DNA of 29,817 bases from Bacillota bacterium (GTDB lineage Bacteria; Bacillota; Clostridia; Christensenellales; CAG-138): assembly GCA_023416175.1 (NCBI GenBank), contig JAEZIE010000164.1:1-29817 (forward strand), given 5' to 3'. Shown one piece after another: positions 25,157 through 29,817 of this stretch (position 1 is the first letter of the stretch; every line of letters starts with the position of its first letter). Made by a program: the position numbers and the translations under genes. The notes beneath the pieces are model-generated. The model had not been told where the DNA came from. It searched no databases and saw only the letters and a list, made by a program, of their open reading frames with translations.

Positions 25157-26833
25157 TCATATGTGTGAGAGTTCCAGGAGTTCTTTTGCGTGTGCCATCG
25201 CGCGGATATCCGTTTGCTTTGCCCCCATGATGCGTGCGATTTCCGCAATACGCTCTTCATGGGACAATTCTCGCACCATAGAAGTCGTCTTTCCGCCTTC
25301 TTCCAGCTTTTCAACCAAAAAATGAACATCTGCCATAGAGGCGATTTGGGGAAGGTGCGTGATGCACAATATCTGATGCTCGCGGGAAATCTGGCGCATC
25401 TTTTGGCCGACGGCGGTTGCGATATGGCCGCTGATTCCGGTATCAATTTCATCAAAAATCACAGTGGGTATACTGCCCATGTGTATGGTTTTGAATGCAA
25501 GCATGATGCGTGAAAGTTCGCCGCCGGAAGCCACGCGCTGTAAAGGTTTGACAGGTTCGCCAGCGTTGGTAGAAAGCAGGAATTCGGCACGCGCAAGGCC
25601 ATCCATTGAAAGCGTCCCTTCTGCAAGGGGTTCCAATGCAACTTCAAATTGCGCTTTTTCCATGCCCAGTGCCTTTAGTTCCGCGATAAGACGTTCAGAA
25701 AAACGGAATGCTGCGGATTTTCTTGCTTCCATCAAAAGCGATGCGGCTTCTTTATACTGCGTCTTGCAAACAGATAAAGACTGTTCCAGCTTCTCTTTTC
25801 GCGCGTCGTTCTGCACAAGGGCGTCGTATTCTTCCTGCGCCTTATTTAAAAACGCGAGCATCTCTTCTATGCTGCCGCCATATTTGCGCTTCAAGGAATG
25901 GATGCGCCCAAGCCTAGCTTCCACTTCAATGAGAAGCTCGGGTTGAAACTCAAAATTGGCCTTGAGATCGCGCAGGAAATATGCGATGTCCTCCATCGCA
26001 TAATAAGCGTCCTGCAGACGGTTACAGGCGTCCTGATAATCGGCGTGGTAGCCTGCAATGCCTGAAAGTTCCCGAATTGCGGCGGTTGCTCCATTGAGCG
26101 CGCCGACTTCTTCCCCAAAGAGCAGGACATAACTATTTTCAAGCGCGGAAATAATGGCCTGGGCGTTACTCAGGCGCTTGAGTTGGGCATCAAGCTCCGC
26201 TTCTTCGCCCGGCTGTAGCCTGGCATCCGAAATCTCCTGAATCTGATATCGCAGCAAATCCATGCGCCGCAGCCGTTCCTGCTCGGAAGGGAAGCCCGCA
26301 TGCAATTCTTTTAGAATACTTTGGTGTTGTAGAAAAATCTTTTCGACCTGCTGCGAAAGGGGAGAGATGGCATTCTTATCAAACGCGTCCAAATACCCAA
26401 GATGGGAAGAGACGTCAAGCAGCGATTGGTGTTCATGCTGCCCATGGATGTCCACAAGCAGATCAGTTACGGTCTTGAGGGAAGATAGGTTGACGAGCGT
26501 ACCGTTTATCCGGCATACGCTTTTGCCGCTGATGTTGAGTTCTCGGCTGATGATGAGATTGTCTTCGGCCTGATGCTCTACTCCGAGCTCCTCCAGTCTT
26601 TCCAACACATCGGGCGAACGGCTGACATCAAACGAAGCTTCCACAAACGCCTTCTCCGCGCCAGACTTTATGAGGTCGCGGTTGGCCCGCTCGCCCAGCA
26701 CAAAATTTACGGCGTCAATAATAATGGACTTACCGGCACCAGTTTCGCCGGTAAGCACATGAAAGCCTGTTGAAAACGAAAGCTCCAATCGTTCGATCAG
26801 AGCGATGTTTTTGATGCTTAAGGTTTGCAGCAT
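25157..26833 (-). CDS. recN: DNA repair protein RecN
   Basis: LTGETGAGKS, IHGQHEHQ, ASGGELSR, FDEIDTG and ITHLPQIA. Confidence 0.97.
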   Translation of the reverse strand: MLQTLSIKNIALIERLELSFSTGFHVLTGETGAGKSIIIDAVNFVLGERANRDLIKSGAEKAFVEASFDVSRSPDVLERLEELGVEHQAEDNLIISRELNISGKSVCRINGTLVNLSSLKTVTDLLVDIHGQHEHQSLLDVSSHLGYLDAFDKNAISPLSQQVEKIFLQHQSILKELHAGFPSEQERLRRMDLLRYQIQEISDARLQPGEEAELDAQLKRLSNAQAIISALENSYVLLFGEEVGALNGATAAIRELSGIAGYHADYQDACNRLQDAYYAMEDIAYFLRDLKANFEFQPELLIEVEARLGRIHSLKRKYGGSIEEMLAFLNKAQEEYDALVQNDARKEKLEQSLSVCKTQYKEAASLLMEARKSAAFRFSERLIAELKALGMEKAQFEVALEPLAEGTLSMDGLARAEFLLSTNAGEPVKPLQRVASGGELSRIMLAFKTIHMGSIPTVIFDEIDTGISGHIATAVGQKMRQISREHQILCITHLPQIASMADVHFLVEKLEEGGKTTSMVRELSHEERIAEIARIMGAKQTDIRAMAHAKELLELSHI

Positions 26834-26869
26834 GTGCCCCTCAATTGCATGTCCATAGTAACCGTTGCG

Positions 26870-27319
26870 CTATTTGAGCATCGTCTGGAAGCGTTTAATC
26901 ATTTCAGGTACAATTTTATTGTCCTTGATGGCGATAAATATTGTATTGTCCCCGGCGATGGTGCCTGCAATTTCGCTCCACTTCATGGAGTCAACCGCTT
27001 CGGCGGCGGCGCTGGCGCTGCCCGTGATGGTTTTGATTACAATCAAATTGCCGGCAGATGTGATATTGACCACGGATTGTGAGAAAATGCGGATGAACCG
27101 CTCCTGCAGGCCGGTTTCCGCCTTATCCACCGTTGCGTATTTATAGGAACCGTTTTCGGAAAGCGCTTTTATTAGCCGTAACTCTTTGATGTCGCGCGAA
27201 ACGGTAGCCTGCGTAACGACATAATTATGACGCCTCAAATGTTCAGCAAGCTCGTCTTGTGTTTCAATATCGTATTGATCGATCAATTCCAGGATCATTG
27301 CGTGTCTGGCTGCTTTCAT
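26870..27319 (-). CDS. argR: Arginine repressor
   Basis: IETQDEL, VTQATVSRDIKEL and GTIAGDNT. Confidence 0.96.
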   Translation of the reverse strand: MKAARHAMILELIDQYDIETQDELAEHLRRHNYVVTQATVSRDIKELRLIKALSENGSYKYATVDKAETGLQERFIRIFSQSVVNITSAGNLIVIKTITGSASAAAEAVDSMKWSEIAGTIAGDNTIFIAIKDNKIVPEMIKRFQTMLK

Positions 27320-27367
27320 TACTATACCCCCGCATAAAGCCGCACCGAAAAAGCCCCTCCGGCACGA

Positions 27368-28168
27368 TCAACTTAATTTTTGTTTGATTAGGCTATATAA
27401 ATTATGCGCTCCCACACGCAAAAACTTTGCCTGATTACTCGACTTGGTGACAAGGATTTGATCGTCCATGTTCACGTCCATGATCCTTTGTCCATCCGCA
27501 TACAGAATCCCGTTGCTTTTCATGCGAAGCTCAATTTGAGCCTCAGGTGCCGTGACAATAGGCCTTACCAGTAGGGAATGCGGGCAAACGGGGACAAGGA
27601 TACATGCTTCCAGACCTGGCGCAATAATCGGACCGCCTACAGATATGGAATATGCGGTGGATCCGGTGGGCGTACTTACAATCATGCCATCGCAGAATAC
27701 GGTTCCCGCGTCTTCACCATCAATGCTCATACCGATATGAGCCACCCCGGAAAAAACCGGCTTATAAAGCACCACATCGTTGAGGCAATCGCAGACCTTA
27801 GTACCGTTTACACTGCAGGCAATCATCATGCGGCGCTCGATTGTGAGCAAGCCTTCACGGTAGCTCTTAAGAGCTGCACCAAACTCGTCCGGCTGAATCT
27901 CACTCAAAAACCCGACACGGCCAAGATTCACGCCTAAAATGGGCAAATCATGCGCAACCGCAATGGGAACGGCATTCAATATGGTACCGTCTCCGCCAAA
28001 TGCGGCAATAAAATCCGTATTCTCAAAAACGGAAAGAGGTTCTATCGCAAACGGATCGATTTCTATACAGGAAAAGCCTTGCTCCTGTGCGATGCACATC
28101 GCTTCGTTACGAACCGATATGGCATTTGCTTTATCGGTATTTGTAACAAATACGATTTTGTGTTCCAC
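27368..28168 (-). CDS. nadK: NAD kinase
   Basis: GGDGT, NLGRVGFL, LND and DG...TPTGSTAYS. Start placed at GTG 28168 after a GAGGT RBS. Confidence 0.94.
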   Translation of the reverse strand: MEHKIVFVTNTDKANAISVRNEAMCIAQEQGFSCIEIDPFAIEPLSVFENTDFIAAFGGDGTILNAVPIAVAHDLPILGVNLGRVGFLSEIQPDEFGAALKSYREGLLTIERRMMIACSVNGTKVCDCLNDVVLYKPVFSGVAHIGMSIDGEDAGTVFCDGMIVSTPTGSTAYSISVGGPIIAPGLEACILVPVCPHSLLVRPIVTAPEAQIELRMKSNGILYADGQRIMDVNMDDQILVTKSSNQAKFLRVGAHNLYSLIKQKLS

Positions 28169-28223
28169 AGATACCTCGCAATTCTTCCACAAATCTCTTT
28201 TATTTGACACGGTCTCTTCCTGT

Positions 28224-28253
28224 ATTATAGCCGCATAACTCTGTATATTTCAA
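28224..28253 (-). promoter_or_regulatory. SigA-type promoter of nadK-argR-recN
   Basis: Minus strand TTGAAA-N18-TATAAT. Confidence 0.7.
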
Positions 28254-28300
28254 GTAGAATATGCCCTTTTTCAATTTATTTTGGGATGGATTTCCATATA

Positions 28301-29107
28301 TCAATGAATGAGAGAATTGTGGGCAAGCGTTGTCGTATCATTGACAAGTTCTCTTAGAGAAAATGGCAGTTCGCTTGGGACAGTACCCTTCTTCAATAAA
28401 GCAAGGAACTCGATATTTCCCTTGGGGCCGGTGATAGGGGAAAAGGAAAGACCGCATAGAGAAAATCCAAAACCCGCCGCTTGTTCGATCACGTGCAGAC
28501 ATACATCCCGGTGAACGGAAATGTCGCGGACCACACCATGCTTGCCGACTTCCGCGCGCCCGGCCTCAAATTGCGGTTTAATTAAGGCAACGACATATGC
28601 CTCATCCGTCAGGCAGGCATAAAGAGGCTCCAATATGAGCCGCAGGGAGATAAAAGATACGTCAATGCTGGCAAAAGCAGGCGGCGGGTTAAACCAATTT
28701 GGCTGCATGTTGCGCGCATTCGTACGTTCCATCACCACAACGCGCGGATCATTTCTCAGCTTCCAGTCCAGCTGTCCATATCCAACGTCCAGCGCATAAA
28801 CTTTTTGTGCGCCATGCTGGAGCATACAGTCCGTAAATCCCCCGGTGGAAGCCCCGATATCCGCGGCAACAAGTCCATCTAAATCCAATTGAAAAATGGA
28901 AACGGCCTTTTCTAGCTTGAGCCCGCCCCGGCTTACGAAGGGTACTGGATCTTCCGCAATGGCAATCACAGCGTTTTCCTTGACTTCCATGCCCGATTTT
29001 TGGGCCGGTTTTCCATCCACAGAGACTTTTCCCGCCATAATGAGGGAGCGGGCTTTTTCACGGCTTTGCGTAAGCCCTTGCTCGAACATCATACTGTCCA
29101 GTCTCAT
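28301..29107 (-). CDS. tlyA: TlyA-family rRNA methyltransferase
   Basis: S4 domain (MRLD...SREKAR), FVSRGGLKL, DIGASTGGFTD, LIKPQFE and GPKGNIEF. Start at ATG 29107. Confidence 0.95.
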   Translation of the reverse strand: MRLDSMMFEQGLTQSREKARSLIMAGKVSVDGKPAQKSGMEVKENAVIAIAEDPVPFVSRGGLKLEKAVSIFQLDLDGLVAADIGASTGGFTDCMLQHGAQKVYALDVGYGQLDWKLRNDPRVVVMERTNARNMQPNWFNPPPAFASIDVSFISLRLILEPLYACLTDEAYVVALIKPQFEAGRAEVGKHGVVRDISVHRDVCLHVIEQAAGFGFSLCGLSFSPITGPKGNIEFLALLKKGTVPSELPFSLRELVNDTTTLAHNSLIH

Positions 29108-29164
29108 CGCATGTACCGCTCCATTCTTTATCGGCATTTTTACACCGATCATTATCGAATGACA

Positions 29165-29193
29165 ATTTTATCATGTTTTTTCCTCACTTTCAA
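29165..29193 (-). promoter_or_regulatory. SigA-type promoter of tlyA
   Basis: Minus strand TTGAAA-N17-TAAAAT with an extended -10 TG. Confidence 0.72.
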
Positions 29194-29234
29194 GCAACGT
29201 AGGCAGTTGGCGAAGTGCTCAGGCTGTCTCCAAA

Positions 29235-29263
29235 GACTATTCCCTGTACAAGCCGCATATATC
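29235..29263 (+). promoter_or_regulatory. Possible SigE-type promoter of spoIIM
   Basis: GACTATT-N14-CATATATC. spoIIM is SigE-dependent in known spore formers. Confidence 0.4.
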
Positions 29264-29293
29264 TTTCCATGAAGGATGGTGTGGGCTTTGGAA

Positions 29294-29817
29294 ATGACGT
29301 TTCTTGCGGTGCGGGCAAAGCTGATTTCTTATGTGAAGGAGAACTTTGGCGCGCTTTGCGTGTTCCTGTTCCTGTTTGTGGCGGGGAACGCAGCCGGCAT
29401 CCGGATTATACAGGAGGCAGATAAGGAGCAGGTTGCCGCTATGCTTATGGGCCTACCGCTGCTTCTGCGCGAGGGCGGCGTGCCCTGGCTTGTTTTTTTC
29501 ACAATGTCCCTGTTTACCAATATCCTGTTCGCGGGGTTACTCTATCTTTCAGGGCTATGGGTTTTTACCTGTGTGCTGCTGATACCGGGCGTATTGCTTC
29601 GTTCCATTTACCTTGGAGCCGCAATGGGAACAGCCATCTCCGCCTGGCCTGACGCCGTATCTATTTGGCTGCTGATTATGCTTCAGCTTGAGTCCGCAAC
29701 CCTGATGCCTCCCTTTATAAAAATGAGCGTGCTTGCTCAAAACCAAATGACCGGTATCGTGCAAACCAAGCTGAAGCTTAACAGCAAAGCGGAGGATGTC
29801 GGAACCTATACCAGAAA
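29294..29817 (+). CDS. spoIIM: Stage II sporulation protein M-like membrane protein, 3'-truncated by the window edge
   Basis: Hand-translated open frame absent from the ORF track: MTFLAVRAKLISYVKENFGALCVFLFLFVAGNAAG...SLFTN...LSGLW...LRSIYLGAAMG. The multi-TM pattern resembles SpoIIM, which lies near spo0A in many clostridia. Confidence 0.68.
   Translation, partial: MTFLAVRAKLISYVKENFGALCVFLFLFVAGNAAGIRIIQEADKEQVAAMLMGLPLLLREGGVPWLVFFTMSLFTNILFAGLLYLSGLWVFTCVLLIPGVLLRSIYLGAAMGTAISAWPDAVSIWLLIMLQLESATLMPPFIKMSVLAQNQMTGIVQTKLKLNSKAEDVGTYTR

Noticed and set aside
22920..29290. Phase-variable invertible segment
   Set aside because: I found no inverted repeats at the two junctions and no recombinase in the window.

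Overview
About 30 kb of core chromosome from a spore-forming Firmicute (Clostridia-like gene content and order; relatively GC-rich, possibly Christensenellales, which is only an inference). Order: partial cysteine desulfurase-ttcA; a zinc-ribbon membrane protein and a VanW-domain protein (minus); nadE; a palindrome-rich intergenic element; dgt-dnaG-sigA; an orphan DNA methyltransferase and a GntR regulator (minus); spoIIIAA-AH; asp23-amaP-DUF2273-nusB-folD-xseA-xseB-ispA; tlyA-nadK-argR-recN-spoIVB-spo0A on the minus strand; and a partial spoIIM missed by the ORF track. Most notable: (1) a ~170-300 bp symmetric multi-hairpin element whose inverted arms show compensatory base changes; (2) a GntR plus orphan methyltransferase pair beside spoIIIA, with a perfect Spo0A box in the predicted gntR promoter; (3) the tlyA-spo0A block is inverted relative to its usual context, lacks dxs, and abuts ispA tail-to-tail with no terminator; (4) a divergent Spo0A with a minimal upstream region; (5) a candidate NrtR operator at nadE. 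I saw no rRNA, tRNA, CRISPR array or transposase. All calls come from reading motifs by eye; no searches were run.
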